64,000 nt of DNA from a virus. Lineage: Duplodnaviria; Caudoviricetes. The DNA lies in IMG/VR virus record IMGVR_UViG_3300037467_001267, positions 1 to 64,000 of that record; one strand, given 5' to 3'. Shown piece after piece: positions 23,245 through 33,371 of this stretch. The notes under the pieces are model-generated. The model did not search any database and had not been told where the DNA came from. It saw only the letters and a program-made list of their open reading frames with translations. Numbering within the stretch: the first letter of the stretch is position 1; every line of letters starts with the position of its first letter. The position numbers were made by a program, and so were the translations under genes.

Positions 23245-24771
23245 ATGCCCACGAACAACCCATCATGGCTCGTCATCGGAGAGCCCGGCGTCCAGAGCGT
23301 GCGCTCGGTGGCCGGCAAGCAGGGCGACATCGTCCTCAGCATCGACGACGTGCAGACCCTCGCCACGTCCCTCAGCAACAAGATCAGCCTATCGGCGGTC
23401 GGTGCGGCGAACGGCGTGGCCGGGCTCGATAGCAACGGCGACCTGGTCGGCAGGATCATCCTGACGCCCCGCACCTCGACCAGCCTGGCCTCGATCGTGT
23501 TGCTGTCGGGCGAGATGGCCTTCAACTCCGACACCGGACAGGTGCTACGGGGCGACGGGGTGACGCTGGGCGGCATTCCCGTCCGCCAGCCGACGGTCGT
23601 GACGCAAGATCTGTCGGCCAGCGGGACGGGCAGCTACCTGCTCGACCACCAGAACGCCGACGTGTTGGTGGTCAAGGGCTACACGACCGACGTAATCCGC
23701 ACGTGGACGTTTAACCTGATCGACGGGGCGACAGCGAACGCGGGCATCAAGGCCGGCACGTACGTCGGCCAGCGGCTCACAATCAAGCTCGACCTTCGGG
23801 CGACGACCACGGACGGTATCACCGGCGGCACAATCGTGGCCCTCTTCAGCGGTGTACGATTCGGATGGAACACGTCCGTGCTTGGATATCATGGCTCGGG
23901 ATACCGGAGATATACGACCGAACCCGACCTCAACCTCGACCCAGGCACGTTCGTCTGCCAGCAAGCATTCGACCTGGTCTGGGACGGCACGTACTGGCAG
24001 CCCGACCAGCCCTGGCCGAGCATCGGCAACGTAGTAGACACGTTCGGCTTCGCGTCCGGGGCATGGGCCCGGTCGGGCACGTACTCGCTGGCCCACGGCC
24101 GGAAGCTGAATCTGAACACCAACCCGCAGTTCGGTGCGACGTTCGGCGACACCAATGCCGCGTACGCCAACTACTGCCTGGTGGGCGGGGAATCCTCTTC
24201 CACCGGCACAAACGCCAGCCATAGCATCTTCTGGGGGCGTAATCTGACCGGCCCTACGACGATTTCCGGCAACGTGGGATTCCAGTTCGTCATGGGCGAA
24301 GGTGCCCGACCCCGCACGCCGTTGAGCCGAACGTTCGGCCACGCCCAGGGGACGACAGATTGGGGCTCGTGTCAGGCGGCGGACTACCTGTACAGTGCCG
24401 TTACGACCGACGCGACGGCCACAGTCATGGGCATTCGCCCCGCGGCGGCGGGCGGACATCTCGTGGTGGCTCCCAAGACACTTTACAACTGTATCTACCA
24501 GCTGGCCGCGTACAACGTCACCGACAACGCGGTCGCGACGGTAACGGGGCGGTTCACGATCTGGCGGGACGGCTCGAACAACACCGCCCTGCTCGAAAGT
24601 GTCGAGTTTTCCCGGGCAAACTCCGCCGCCATGGCCGGCTTCGGGTTCACCATCGCCGCCGACGACACCAACGAGCGGCCGTCATTCACCGTGACCGGGT
24701 TCGCCGGCAAGACGGTTCGCTGGACCCTGCGTTTGACTGCGGCCGAGGCTGCGGGAGCTGCTGCGCTATGA
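23245..24771 (+). CDS. Fibre / receptor-binding protein
   Basis: VRSVAGKQGDIVL, VLLSGEMAFNSDTG..RGDG (Mtd-N/hyaluronidase-like), beta-repeat middle. Confidence 0.68.
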   Translation: MPTNNPSWLVIGEPGVQSVRSVAGKQGDIVLSIDDVQTLATSLSNKISLSAVGAANGVAGLDSNGDLVGRIILTPRTSTSLASIVLLSGEMAFNSDTGQVLRGDGVTLGGIPVRQPTVVTQDLSASGTGSYLLDHQNADVLVVKGYTTDVIRTWTFNLIDGATANAGIKAGTYVGQRLTIKLDLRATTTDGITGGTIVALFSGVRFGWNTSVLGYHGSGYRRYTTEPDLNLDPGTFVCQQAFDLVWDGTYWQPDQPWPSIGNVVDTFGFASGAWARSGTYSLAHGRKLNLNTNPQFGATFGDTNAAYANYCLVGGESSSTGTNASHSIFWGRNLTGPTTISGNVGFQFVMGEGARPRTPLSRTFGHAQGTTDWGSCQAADYLYSAVTTDATATVMGIRPAAAGGHLVVAPKTLYNCIYQLAAYNVTDNAVATVTGRFTIWRDGSNNTALLESVEFSRANSAAMAGFGFTIAADDTNERPSFTVTGFAGKTVRWTLRLTAAEAAGAAAL

Positions 24772-26006
24772 AACTGATTGGATCTCCAACCGGCACGCTA
24801 AAGATCCGCGGCCCTTTGCCGTCGGATCGCGACTTCCAGGCGACGGCGTTGGCCCGGGACACCACCATCTCGTCCGGGGGCACGTCCCTGCGCGTCAACA
24901 AGGACACGTCCTGGACGGACCACACCGCCGCTACGGTGGACAAAGAGTTCGACGTTCAGCTGACGGAGAGTGTCGCCGGCACAATGGACGATATGGTCGT
25001 CCAGAACGTCACCCCGGGCGTCGTGTCGTACGACGCGACCACGAACCGGGCGACGCGGGTGGCGGACGGCACGGCCCAGATCAACTTCCATACGGCCTGG
25101 GTGTCGCGGGGCGTGAAGTTCGCGGTGTCCCGCCAGGGCGGCACGACCAGCTCAGTCTTCAACGGGTTCCAGCCCGGCTCGCTGGCGAAGCACATCTGCG
25201 ACTCCATCGACGCCAAGCTGACGGGCACGCCGTCCGTACGCAAGCCGCAGTACCTGGGGGACCCGGCGGTGTTCGGCCACTTCACCCGCAACCCGGATCG
25301 CTGGACGCTCGGCTGGGATCTGTCGTGCCTGTCCGTCTGGAACAGCTACGCGGACGAGGGCAAGCCCGACGTGGCGACGGGGAACATGATGGGCGGGACA
25401 CTCATCTCCCCCAAGCATGTCCTCTTCAACGCCCACTACGTGCCGGTTGTGCCCGGCAACCGCGACCTCTGGTTCGTGGCGGAGGACGGGGAGGTGATGA
25501 AGGCCACAGCCGTCGCGACGGCCCTATGGATCGACCCGACGGTTGCCGACATCGCCGTGCTGACCCTGCAGAATCCCTTGCCGAGCAAGTTCAAGCCGGC
25601 CAAGGTGCTCCCGCTGAACTTCCAGAACTACCTGCCGTTCAGCGTGGCGGATGCGAACGGCACGGACATCACGCCCCGCATCCCCGTCCTGACGGCCAAC
25701 CAGGACAAGCAGATCGGCGTGTCCGAACTGTACGCCCATTACCCCGCGCAACGCACCGCCGTCTCCCTGATCGTGCCTGCGGGGACTCCGCGAAGCTCGT
25801 TCGTGACCTACCTCCGCAACCATGACTCCTCCCATCCCGGGTTCACCGTCGTCAACGGTGACGTAGTGGTCCTGGGTGGATGGCAGTACGGCGGGGCGGG
25901 CACGTTCTGTAACCTCAACAACTCGACGAACCGAAGTGCTATCAACACCGCCATTGCGCCGTACTCGCTGACCGAAGTGGATCTGTCCGCATTTCCGACG
26001 TACTAA
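24768..26006 (+). CDS. Trypsin-like serine protease with N-terminal structural domain
   Basis: GGTLISPKHVLFNAHY (His), DIAVLTL (Asp), NHDSSHP (Ser). Confidence 0.72.
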   Translation: MKLIGSPTGTLKIRGPLPSDRDFQATALARDTTISSGGTSLRVNKDTSWTDHTAATVDKEFDVQLTESVAGTMDDMVVQNVTPGVVSYDATTNRATRVADGTAQINFHTAWVSRGVKFAVSRQGGTTSSVFNGFQPGSLAKHICDSIDAKLTGTPSVRKPQYLGDPAVFGHFTRNPDRWTLGWDLSCLSVWNSYADEGKPDVATGNMMGGTLISPKHVLFNAHYVPVVPGNRDLWFVAEDGEVMKATAVATALWIDPTVADIAVLTLQNPLPSKFKPAKVLPLNFQNYLPFSVADANGTDITPRIPVLTANQDKQIGVSELYAHYPAQRTAVSLIVPAGTPRSSFVTYLRNHDSSHPGFTVVNGDVVVLGGWQYGGAGTFCNLNNSTNRSAINTAIAPYSLTEVDLSAFPTY

Positions 26007-26007
26007 C

Positions 26008-26472
26008 ATGCCACAGAACATAATCCTAGTATCGGGGGCGGTCGCGGTATCGACGACAATGCCCGTGTTGACCACCCAAACCCCGAACACGGGGCCGTGG
26101 TGGGTGGCACTACTCATCTCGGGCATGGGTGCCGCCGGCACCGCGTTCGGGGCGGTGCTACACTTCCTGTCGACCCGCCGCAAACATAAAATCGACGCCC
26201 AGACGCAACTCGTACAGGACCACAGGACGCTGGCCGAGCAACTACACCGCGAGATCGGGCGGTTGGACGCGATCTGCGAGAGGCAGCAGAAAGAGATCGA
26301 CGGCAAAGAGGGCCGCATCTCGGTGGAGCGGCAGCTGAAGCACGAGTGCGCCAAGAAGCTTCAGGCCATGCAGCTCCAGAAGGACGAGCTGGAACAGAAA
26401 CTCATCGAGTGCGGAATCTACATCAACCAGCTAGAGTTTAACCTGGCCCAAGAGAGGACCAAGAATGCCTGA
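26008..26472 (+). CDS. Single-TM coiled-coil protein (holin/spanin-like)
   Basis: WWVALLISGMGAAGTAFGAVLHFL followed by a long coiled coil. Confidence 0.55.
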   Translation: MPQNIILVSGAVAVSTTMPVLTTQTPNTGPWWVALLISGMGAAGTAFGAVLHFLSTRRKHKIDAQTQLVQDHRTLAEQLHREIGRLDAICERQQKEIDGKEGRISVERQLKHECAKKLQAMQLQKDELEQKLIECGIYINQLEFNLAQERTKNA

Positions 26473-28000
26473 AATGACGACCAGCATCAAGGGAACTACG
26501 TCCCTGGCCGAGAACCAGGTGGACGTCAAGTCCATCGCGTACAACGAAATGCTCCCTCGCTGGGAGATGGTGGACGACCTGCTCGGCGGCACCCAGGCCA
26601 TGCGGATGGCGGGCCAGAAGTGGTTGCCTCAGGAGGAGGACGAGACCGACGCCAAGTACAAGAACCGGCTCGCCCGCAGCTTCCTGTTCGAGGCGTTCAG
26701 CGATACGGTGGACAAACTCTCCGCCAAGCCGTTCGCCAAGCCCGTCGGCGTCAAGCACGAGCCCACCGGGGCCCTGGCGGACTTCCACAAGGACGTGACG
26801 CGGTGCGGGGACGACATCACGCAGTTCGCCAAGGCCGTGTTCGCGGACGGGCTGGCGTATGGGATGGCGGACATTCTCGTGGACTACCCGCAGATCGACC
26901 CGGGTGCCACCCTGGCCGACGAACGGGCCAAGGGTGCCCGCCCCGTCTTCATCCATCTCCAAAGCAAGAACGTACTGGGCGTCCGCGAAACATACCAGGA
27001 GAACGGCCAGAAGGTCGTGACGGAAATCCGCATCCGGGAATGCCGCGTCGAGCCCAAGGGCGAGTTCGGCGACCAAGAAGTCCATTACGTGCGGGTGTAC
27101 CGCATCGACTCGTGGCAGCTCTGGCGCAAAGACCCCGAGAAGCATGTCTGGGCGGTCGAGGCGGAAGGACAGCATACGTTCGGCGGGGTGCCGCTCGTCA
27201 CGTTCAAGCCGGGCAAGTCCACCGGGTTCCGGACGTGTAAGCTCCCGCTGGAAGCCCTGGCCTGGATGAACATCGCCCACTGGCAAAGCAGCTCCGACCA
27301 GCGGAACATCCTGCGGTTCGCCCGCATCGGCATCCTGTTCGGCTCCGGGTTCAGCGACGAGCAGATCGACGCGGGCATCACCGTCGGCCCCAACGCGTTC
27401 GTCGGCACGACCAGCGAGAACGCGGATCTGAAGTACGTGGGCTACCAGGGCACCAGCATCGAGGCGGGGCAGGCCGACCTGGACAAGCTGGAGGCCCTGA
27501 TGGAGACACTCGGTGCCCAGCCCATGGTCGAGAAGGGTGGCGACCAGACCGCCACGGGCAAGCTGATCGACGACGCGGGGCGAGTCCAGACCACCATCCA
27601 GGCATGGGTGCGTATGCTGGAGAACACCCTGACGGAGGCGTACGGGATGGCGGCGAAGTGGGTCGGGCAGGAGCTTCCGAAAGACTTCGCCGTTGACGTG
27701 TTTAGCGACTTCACCCTGTCGCCCCGGGCGACGGACGACTTGAACTGGATTCTGGAAGCGAGGGCCCAGGGCGATCTCGACCACGAGACCGTCATCAACG
27801 AGGCGAAGCGTCGCGGTGTGTTGAACGACGATGTGACGGCAGAAGCCGTCCAGGAGAAACTCCAAAATGAGGGCCCAGCCCTCGGAGAAGTGACCAATGG
27901 TATTCGAACGGGCACGAGTCAGCAGGGTGGAGGCGGAGGAGGGAAGCGAACACAAAGCGGGCTGGGTGGTGGAGTGCCCGGCGTGCGGGTTCGGCCATAA
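26465..28000 (+). CDS. Portal protein (DUF4055 type)
   Basis: WEMVDDLLGG..YKNRLARS, ILVDYP, PLEALAWMNIAHWQSSSD..ILRFA; position upstream of MuF and MCP. Confidence 0.88.
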   Translation: MPEMTTSIKGTTSLAENQVDVKSIAYNEMLPRWEMVDDLLGGTQAMRMAGQKWLPQEEDETDAKYKNRLARSFLFEAFSDTVDKLSAKPFAKPVGVKHEPTGALADFHKDVTRCGDDITQFAKAVFADGLAYGMADILVDYPQIDPGATLADERAKGARPVFIHLQSKNVLGVRETYQENGQKVVTEIRIRECRVEPKGEFGDQEVHYVRVYRIDSWQLWRKDPEKHVWAVEAEGQHTFGGVPLVTFKPGKSTGFRTCKLPLEALAWMNIAHWQSSSDQRNILRFARIGILFGSGFSDEQIDAGITVGPNAFVGTTSENADLKYVGYQGTSIEAGQADLDKLEALMETLGAQPMVEKGGDQTATGKLIDDAGRVQTTIQAWVRMLENTLTEAYGMAAKWVGQELPKDFAVDVFSDFTLSPRATDDLNWILEARAQGDLDHETVINEAKRRGVLNDDVTAEAVQEKLQNEGPALGEVTNGIRTGTSQQGGGGGGKRTQSGLGGGVPGVRVRP

Positions 28001-28235
28001 CTTCCAGGACTCGGGCTGGAAGTTTGACGGCGACCAGGAGTACCCGACCTTCCAGCCCTCAATGAAGGTGGTGATTCGTCTCGACGACAAACCCACCTAC
28101 ATCTGTCACTCCTCAGTGAAGAACGGCAAGATCCACTACCATAACGACTCGACCCACGATTACGCGGGCAAAGTCGTCAAACTGGAGATCGTAGAGTGCC
28201 CACGGTCAACCAAACCATCCTTGACAAAATCGTAG
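27897..28235 (+). CDS. DUF6527-like protein
   Basis: CPACGFGH..WKFDGDQEYPTFQPS..CHSSVKNGKIHYHNDSTH; own GGAG RBS; overlaps portal and MuF. Confidence 0.7.
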   Translation: MVFERARVSRVEAEEGSEHKAGWVVECPACGFGHNFQDSGWKFDGDQEYPTFQPSMKVVIRLDDKPTYICHSSVKNGKIHYHNDSTHDYAGKVVKLEIVECPRSTKPSLTKS

Positions 28236-29245
28236 CCCACGCCCATAACATCGAAGAGATGAAGATGGGTGAGGTGCTGCAGTCCGTCAAGGCGTTCAAC
28301 GACGTCACGGTGGCCGACCTGATCGGAGACATGGGGCGGAGGTTAGAGAATCTGTCGGGCCCCAGCGGAGCCCGATACATGTACCTCAAGCAAGCCGTCT
28401 CCGACCAGGTCGGCCAGGGCCTGGCAGCAGCGAAGAAAGAACTGCTCGCTGGTGTCCGCGACTCGCTGAAGCAGGAGATCGCGTGGCAGACCAAAGCCTT
28501 CCAGGGCATCGCACCCGACGGCACTAAGATCCGACGGGTGTCGGCGAAGACTCTAAACAAAGTCTTGGACCGGCTCCGCGTCCAGGAGTCCAAGATCGAC
28601 ACCCTCTTCCGGAGGATCCAGCGGGACACCACGTCCCGCATCATGAACACGGTTCGCCGGGGCATGTGGGACAAGAACGCGACCAGCGACATCCTCACCT
28701 CCATCAAAGGCACCAGGACCAACCGCTTCGTGGACGGGCTGTTGAATAAGACCCGGGCACAAATCGAGGCGGTGGTCCGGAGTGCCCATGGTGAAGTCAT
28801 CGAGTCGGCCAAGGAAGCATTCTTCGCGGAGAACGACCACCTCGTCAAAGCGGTGCAGCTCTGTGCCGTCCTCGACGAGCGCACCACGGCGTACTGCCGG
28901 TCGATCGACGGTGACGTGTACCCGGTGGGCGAGGGGCCGCGACCGCCCTTCCACTACAACTGCCGGACCACGACGACGCCCGTACTCCGCTCGTGGAAGG
29001 AACTGGGCATCGAACCCGACAAGCGATTCACAGGCACCCCCGCCGACAAGGTCACCTACAACGACTGGCTCAAGAGGCAGCGGGCCGACATCCAAGACCA
29101 GGTGCTCGGCAAAACCCGGGCACAGCTGTATCGTGATGGAAAGGTCGCGATCGAAAAGTTCACGAACAACCGGGGCCGATTCCTTTCCATCCCCGAGCTT
29201 ATGCGAAGGGAGGGGCTGGCCGAGAAGGACATCCCGAAATTCTAG
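28196..29245 (+). CDS. MuF-like minor head protein
   Basis: AVLDERTT..CRSIDG..RPPFHYNCRTT; TYNDWLKRQ..VLGKTRA. Confidence 0.88.
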   Translation: MPTVNQTILDKIVAHAHNIEEMKMGEVLQSVKAFNDVTVADLIGDMGRRLENLSGPSGARYMYLKQAVSDQVGQGLAAAKKELLAGVRDSLKQEIAWQTKAFQGIAPDGTKIRRVSAKTLNKVLDRLRVQESKIDTLFRRIQRDTTSRIMNTVRRGMWDKNATSDILTSIKGTRTNRFVDGLLNKTRAQIEAVVRSAHGEVIESAKEAFFAENDHLVKAVQLCAVLDERTTAYCRSIDGDVYPVGEGPRPPFHYNCRTTTTPVLRSWKELGIEPDKRFTGTPADKVTYNDWLKRQRADIQDQVLGKTRAQLYRDGKVAIEKFTNNRGRFLSIPELMRREGLAEKDIPKF

Positions 29246-29390
29246 TTGACTTCATGGTTTCCACCAGGGATTCTGGTGGAAAGATTTCTGTTGGCTTAAA
29301 TCGGACTCGACCGTAGATTCCGGGAGTTCGCTGTCGTCCACGGGCAAAATGGTCGGCGGCGTAGACCCCGGTGAATGGAGCTGGAACGTT

Positions 29391-30188
29391 ATGGCTTTGA
29401 AAGCACTCTTGGAATCCCTTGACGGCCTGCCGGAAGCGGTGGCCGCGGAGTACACGAAGCGGGAGGACGGCAAGTTCGTCCTGAACGTGGAGAAGGTTGC
29501 CGACGGCGACAACGGCGAACTGGAGCTGGCTCCGGTGAGCAAGTTGAAGTCGGCCCTGGAAGCGGAACGCACGAACGTGCGCAACGCGAACGCCAAGCTG
29601 GCCGCGTTCAAGGATCTGGACCCCGTCAAGGCCAAGGAAGCTCTGGGCAAGGTCGCCGAGATGCAGACCTGGAAGCCCGAGACCGAGGTGGAGAACCGGA
29701 TCAAGCTGCTAAAGGAAGAGTTGGCCACGGCCAACAAGACGGAGAAAGAGGCTCTCCAGAAGCGGATCAGCCGTGCCGAGGCGCAGCTCAAGAAGACGCT
29801 CGTGACGAACGTCGCTGTCGCCGCGATCCAGAAGGCCAAGGGCAGCGTGACGCTGCTTCTGCCCCACGTGGAGCGGTCGATCCGCATGCGCGAGCAAGAC
29901 AGCGAGGACCAGCCCTACCTCGTTGAAGTGGTGAATGAGAAGGGTGATGTCGCGGTCGGCGATGGGGCGGGCAACCCCATGACGATCGACCAGCTGGTCG
30001 CGAAGTTCCAGGCCAGCGACGAGTTCGCTCCCGCTTTCGCCCCGTCCGGGGCGTCTGGCTCTGGTGCGTCGAATGGACGCCAGCAGCAAAAGGGTTCGGT
30101 CAACACGACCGTCAAAGTCGGTCGTGTCATCACCGGGGTGGACCCTGCCGACGTGACCTCGGGCAAGGTCACGCTCCAGGGCGAATAG
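29391..30188 (+). CDS. Capsid scaffolding protein
   Basis: LESLDGLPEAVAAEY..GKFVLNV, coiled coil, SGASGSGAS; directly upstream of MCP. Confidence 0.8.
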   Translation: MALKALLESLDGLPEAVAAEYTKREDGKFVLNVEKVADGDNGELELAPVSKLKSALEAERTNVRNANAKLAAFKDLDPVKAKEALGKVAEMQTWKPETEVENRIKLLKEELATANKTEKEALQKRISRAEAQLKKTLVTNVAVAAIQKAKGSVTLLLPHVERSIRMREQDSEDQPYLVEVVNEKGDVAVGDGAGNPMTIDQLVAKFQASDEFAPAFAPSGASGSGASNGRQQQKGSVNTTVKVGRVITGVDPADVTSGKVTLQGE

Positions 30189-30465
30189 ACTCGCTGGGTG
30201 GCTCCGCGAGTTGTGCTAAGTGCCTCGTGTCCGTGGGCTCTCGATCGAGACTCTCCTGAGAGCATCTGGCCCGGCTGCCGTGGAGTCGCCCCTGCCGGGG
30301 AATAACTGGCGACCAGGAGTCTCGGACACGAGGCACTTAGAAATTGGGCGGCGTCCTGAGCACGACGTAAAACTGCTCGACATAGGCGTGAAGCCGGCAA
30401 GTGGCGTGATGCCCTGCTGAAACCGTTTGTAACTCCCCTTGGTTTCTACACAGGACACAGCCACC
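30188..30465 (+). promoter_or_regulatory. Highly structured leader upstream of the major capsid gene
   Basis: Perfect 18-bp helix 30216-33/30323-40 enclosing further hairpins; flanking hairpins. Confidence 0.6.
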
Positions 30466-31581
30466 ATGGCTAACACTAACAGCAACATCATGCCGCGGAT
30501 CTTGGCCCGCGGCCTTCAGGTGCTTCGCGAGGCGGCGTCTATGCCGCGGCTCGTCAACGGCGATTACTCGGCGGAGGCGGCTCGCAAGGGCACTACCATC
30601 GACATCCCCGTCCCCACCTCCACCACGACGCAGGACGTCACCCCGTCGAACACGCCGCCCGCCGGCGTGGACAAGAACTACGACCTGGTCCAGATCTCCC
30701 TGAACCAGTGGAAGAAGAACGCCCCGTTCTACCTGACGGACAAGGAGCTGGCGGAGATCGACGCCAACCAGCACTTCATCCCGATGGCCGTGGACGAGTC
30801 GATGCGGGCCCTGGCGCAGGTCGTCAACCAGTACATCTTCTCGATGTACAAGGGCGTGTTCGGCTTCTACGGCACTCCGGGCACCACCCCGTTCGCGACC
30901 GACGTCAAGGGTGCCACGCAGACCCGGGCGATCCTCAACACCCAGAAGTGCCCGAAGGCGAACCGCCGCGGCATGCTGGACTACACGGCGGAGGCGAACT
31001 TCCTGGAGCTCGCGCAGTTCGCCAACTTCGAGCAGACCGGCGACCAGGGCGTGAAGATCGAGGGCCAGATGGGCCGGAAGTACGGCAACGACTGGTACTC
31101 GGACGACGACGTGCCGTTCCACACGGCCGGCACCGGGTCGGGCTACCTCGTCAACAACGTCGCCGGGTACGCCGTCGGCACCAAGACGATCGCGGTGGAC
31201 ACCGGCACCGGCACCATCGTACAGGGCGACATCATCACGTTCGCTGGCTCCACCCAGACGTACGCTGTGACCTCCGCCCTGGCCGGCAACAACATCAGTT
31301 TCTACCCGGGCCTGGTCGCGACCCTGGCCGACAACACGGCGATCACCCTCAAGGCCAGCCACCGCGTCAACCTGATCTTCCACCGTGACGCGTTCGCGTT
31401 CGCCACCCGTGCCCTCCAGGACGACGGCGACGCCAACACCGTCACGATGCAGGATCCCAAGACCGGCCTGGTGCTGCGGCTCGAAAAGATCCGCGAGTAC
31501 AAGCAGACCCTGTACGAGTTCGACATCCTCTACGGTGCGCAGCTCGTGCGCCCCGAGCTGGCCTGCCGCCTGGCCGGCTGA
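30466..31581 (+). CDS. Major capsid protein (P22 coat-like, HK97 fold) with insertion domain
   Basis: KGTTIDIPVP, ISLNQWK, MRALAQVVN, NLIFHRDAFAFATRAL, FDILYGAQLVRPELA. Confidence 0.9.
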   Translation: MANTNSNIMPRILARGLQVLREAASMPRLVNGDYSAEAARKGTTIDIPVPTSTTTQDVTPSNTPPAGVDKNYDLVQISLNQWKKNAPFYLTDKELAEIDANQHFIPMAVDESMRALAQVVNQYIFSMYKGVFGFYGTPGTTPFATDVKGATQTRAILNTQKCPKANRRGMLDYTAEANFLELAQFANFEQTGDQGVKIEGQMGRKYGNDWYSDDDVPFHTAGTGSGYLVNNVAGYAVGTKTIAVDTGTGTIVQGDIITFAGSTQTYAVTSALAGNNISFYPGLVATLADNTAITLKASHRVNLIFHRDAFAFATRALQDDGDANTVTMQDPKTGLVLRLEKIREYKQTLYEFDILYGAQLVRPELACRLAG

Positions 31582-31598
31582 TTCGTCCTCCTTCCCGG

Positions 31599-31632
31599 GT
31601 GGCCCCGCGTCCGTGCGAGCGGGGCCGCTTTA
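31599..31632 (+). terminator. Possible intrinsic terminator after MCP
   Basis: GTGGCCCCGC/GCGGGGCCGC stem then TTTA (short U tract). Confidence 0.45.
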
Positions 31633-31686
31633 TCCGCCCACTCCGCCGTGGCGTGGTCGGATTAAGTGTCCCATCCGGAGAAAAGC

Positions 31687-31944
31687 ATGGCCGAGCATAT
31701 CTTGGACGAGAAGATCCGCGAACGCGACGTGCACAACGTCATCGAGGGCCATCGCCCGCTGGCGACGGTGACGATGAAGGGCCCCATGGGCGATGTGATC
31801 TGCAACGACAACCCGCAAGACATCGCGTTCTGGAAGAACAAGGGGTGCAAGGTCGTCAAGAACAACCCACCCGCGGGCGGCGGCACCGACATCGTCTCGG
31901 GCGACGGGGAGACCGAAGGGGAGGCCGAGGAGGCCGGGGAATAG
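31687..31944 (+). CDS. Small acidic head-associated protein
   Basis: ORF right after MCP with acidic tail. Confidence 0.5.
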   Translation: MAEHILDEKIRERDVHNVIEGHRPLATVTMKGPMGDVICNDNPQDIAFWKNKGCKVVKNNPPAGGGTDIVSGDGETEGEAEEAGE

Positions 31945-32065
31945 GCGGGCCTACCCCCGCCCGTCCCGACGCCGTATAACCAGCAGGAGCGGCCCTAGCA
32001 GCGACCCGGCGGGGCGGAGCGGTACCAACCTCCCGCCCGCCCCGCCCTCTTAGGAGCGGACGACG

Positions 32066-32587
32066 ATGTTTGTTGTCGAAGATGGATCTGGGTTGCCTGA
32101 CGCCACGTCGTTCTGCGACTTGGCGTTCGCGGACAGCTACATCGCCATGTACGGCAACGACACCGACCGCACCGCCTGGGCGGCTCAGGACGACGCCACC
32201 AAGCAAGGCCGTCTCGTGCGGGCCGCGCAGTACCTGACGGTGAAGTACGAGTCTCGCTGGATCAACTACCGCGTCCACGAGACGCAAGCCCTGCCCTGGC
32301 CCCGGGCCTGGGTCCAGGACTCGGACGGGTTCGCGATCCCCAGCACGGCCGTCCCGTTGCAAGTCAAGCAGGCCCAGTGCGAAGCGGCCCTGCTGGACAT
32401 GAACGGCACCGACCTGATCCCGAACAGCGACCCCGCCCAGAACATCAAGGCGGAGTCCGTCACCGTGGGGCCCATCACCGAGTCGATCAGCTACGCCGGC
32501 ATTAAGGGCACCCAGCCGACGTTCAAGAAGATCGACCTGCTCCTGCGGATGTACCTGACCGCCCGGGGCGAAGTGAGGCGGGCATGA
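32066..32587 (+). CDS. Head-tail adaptor (DnaT-like family)
   Basis: FVVEDGSGLPDATSF..ADSY, QALPWPR, VPLQVKQAQCEAA, ESVTVGPITESISY. Confidence 0.85.
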   Translation: MFVVEDGSGLPDATSFCDLAFADSYIAMYGNDTDRTAWAAQDDATKQGRLVRAAQYLTVKYESRWINYRVHETQALPWPRAWVQDSDGFAIPSTAVPLQVKQAQCEAALLDMNGTDLIPNSDPAQNIKAESVTVGPITESISYAGIKGTQPTFKKIDLLLRMYLTARGEVRRA

Positions 32588-32952
32588 CGAGTCTCGACCG
32601 GCGGCTGGTGCCTAAAGTCCAGACCCTCATCGCCAAGTACGGCAAGACCGTCACCGTCACAGTGCCGGGGCTGAGGAGCTATTCGGTCGCTGACGGAACG
32701 GTATGTGCCGCGGGCGACACGGATTACTCCGTCAAGATCACCCCACCCACGCCCTGGACCATGGCCCCACTCCCGGGCTCGTCCGTCCAGTCGGGCGACA
32801 TGTCGGCGTACGTGGCCGCGTCCGGGCTGGAGTTCACGCCGGACGCTGGGATGGTGCTGACGGACGGCGGACAGGCCTGGACGGTGATGGCGGTCGGCAG
32901 GATATACACGGGCGACCTGGTGGCGATGTACTTGCTACAACTACGGGCATGA
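32584..32952 (+). CDS. Head closure protein
   Basis: Size and synteny after adaptor. Confidence 0.65.
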   Translation: MTSLDRRLVPKVQTLIAKYGKTVTVTVPGLRSYSVADGTVCAAGDTDYSVKITPPTPWTMAPLPGSSVQSGDMSAYVAASGLEFTPDAGMVLTDGGQAWTVMAVGRIYTGDLVAMYLLQLRA

Positions 32953-33371
32953 GCCAGATCCAAACCAACTTCCTAGAGTTCCAGCGGGCCGTCAACGGGT
33001 ATGTGAACGAGGAAGTGCCTAGGGCTGCCCTGAAGTTCCAGAAGCAAGTCTATTACGAGGCCCTGCAGAAGATCGTGGAGCGGACGCCCGTCAAGACCGG
33101 CAGGGCGAGGGCGAACTGGGTGGTGACGCGATCGGCGTTCTACGCCGGGCACTGGTTCAAGAAGACAGACCCCGACGGGTCGGACACGATCGCCAAGGGA
33201 TGGCGTGTGATCAACCGGATGTCGGCGTACGAGAACTGCTACATCCAGAACAACTTGCCGTACATCGAGAGGCTGGAGAACGGCTGGTCGAAGCAAGCCC
33301 CGCACGGCATGGTCAAGATCACGATCCGTGATTTGGCCGAGAAGTACGGGCTGGAGGTTGATGAGACATGA
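32949..33371 (+). CDS. HK97 gp10-like neck protein
   Basis: RTPVKTGRARANW, NNLPYIERLENGWSKQAPHGMV. Confidence 0.88.
   Translation: MSQIQTNFLEFQRAVNGYVNEEVPRAALKFQKQVYYEALQKIVERTPVKTGRARANWVVTRSAFYAGHWFKKTDPDGSDTIAKGWRVINRMSAYENCYIQNNLPYIERLENGWSKQAPHGMVKITIRDLAEKYGLEVDET

Noticed and set aside
32008-32046. GGCGGGGCGG/CCGCCCCGCC hairpin before the adaptor gene as a distinct ncRNA
   Set aside because: Single GC-rich stem; most simply an attenuator or chance pairing in a high-GC intergenic region
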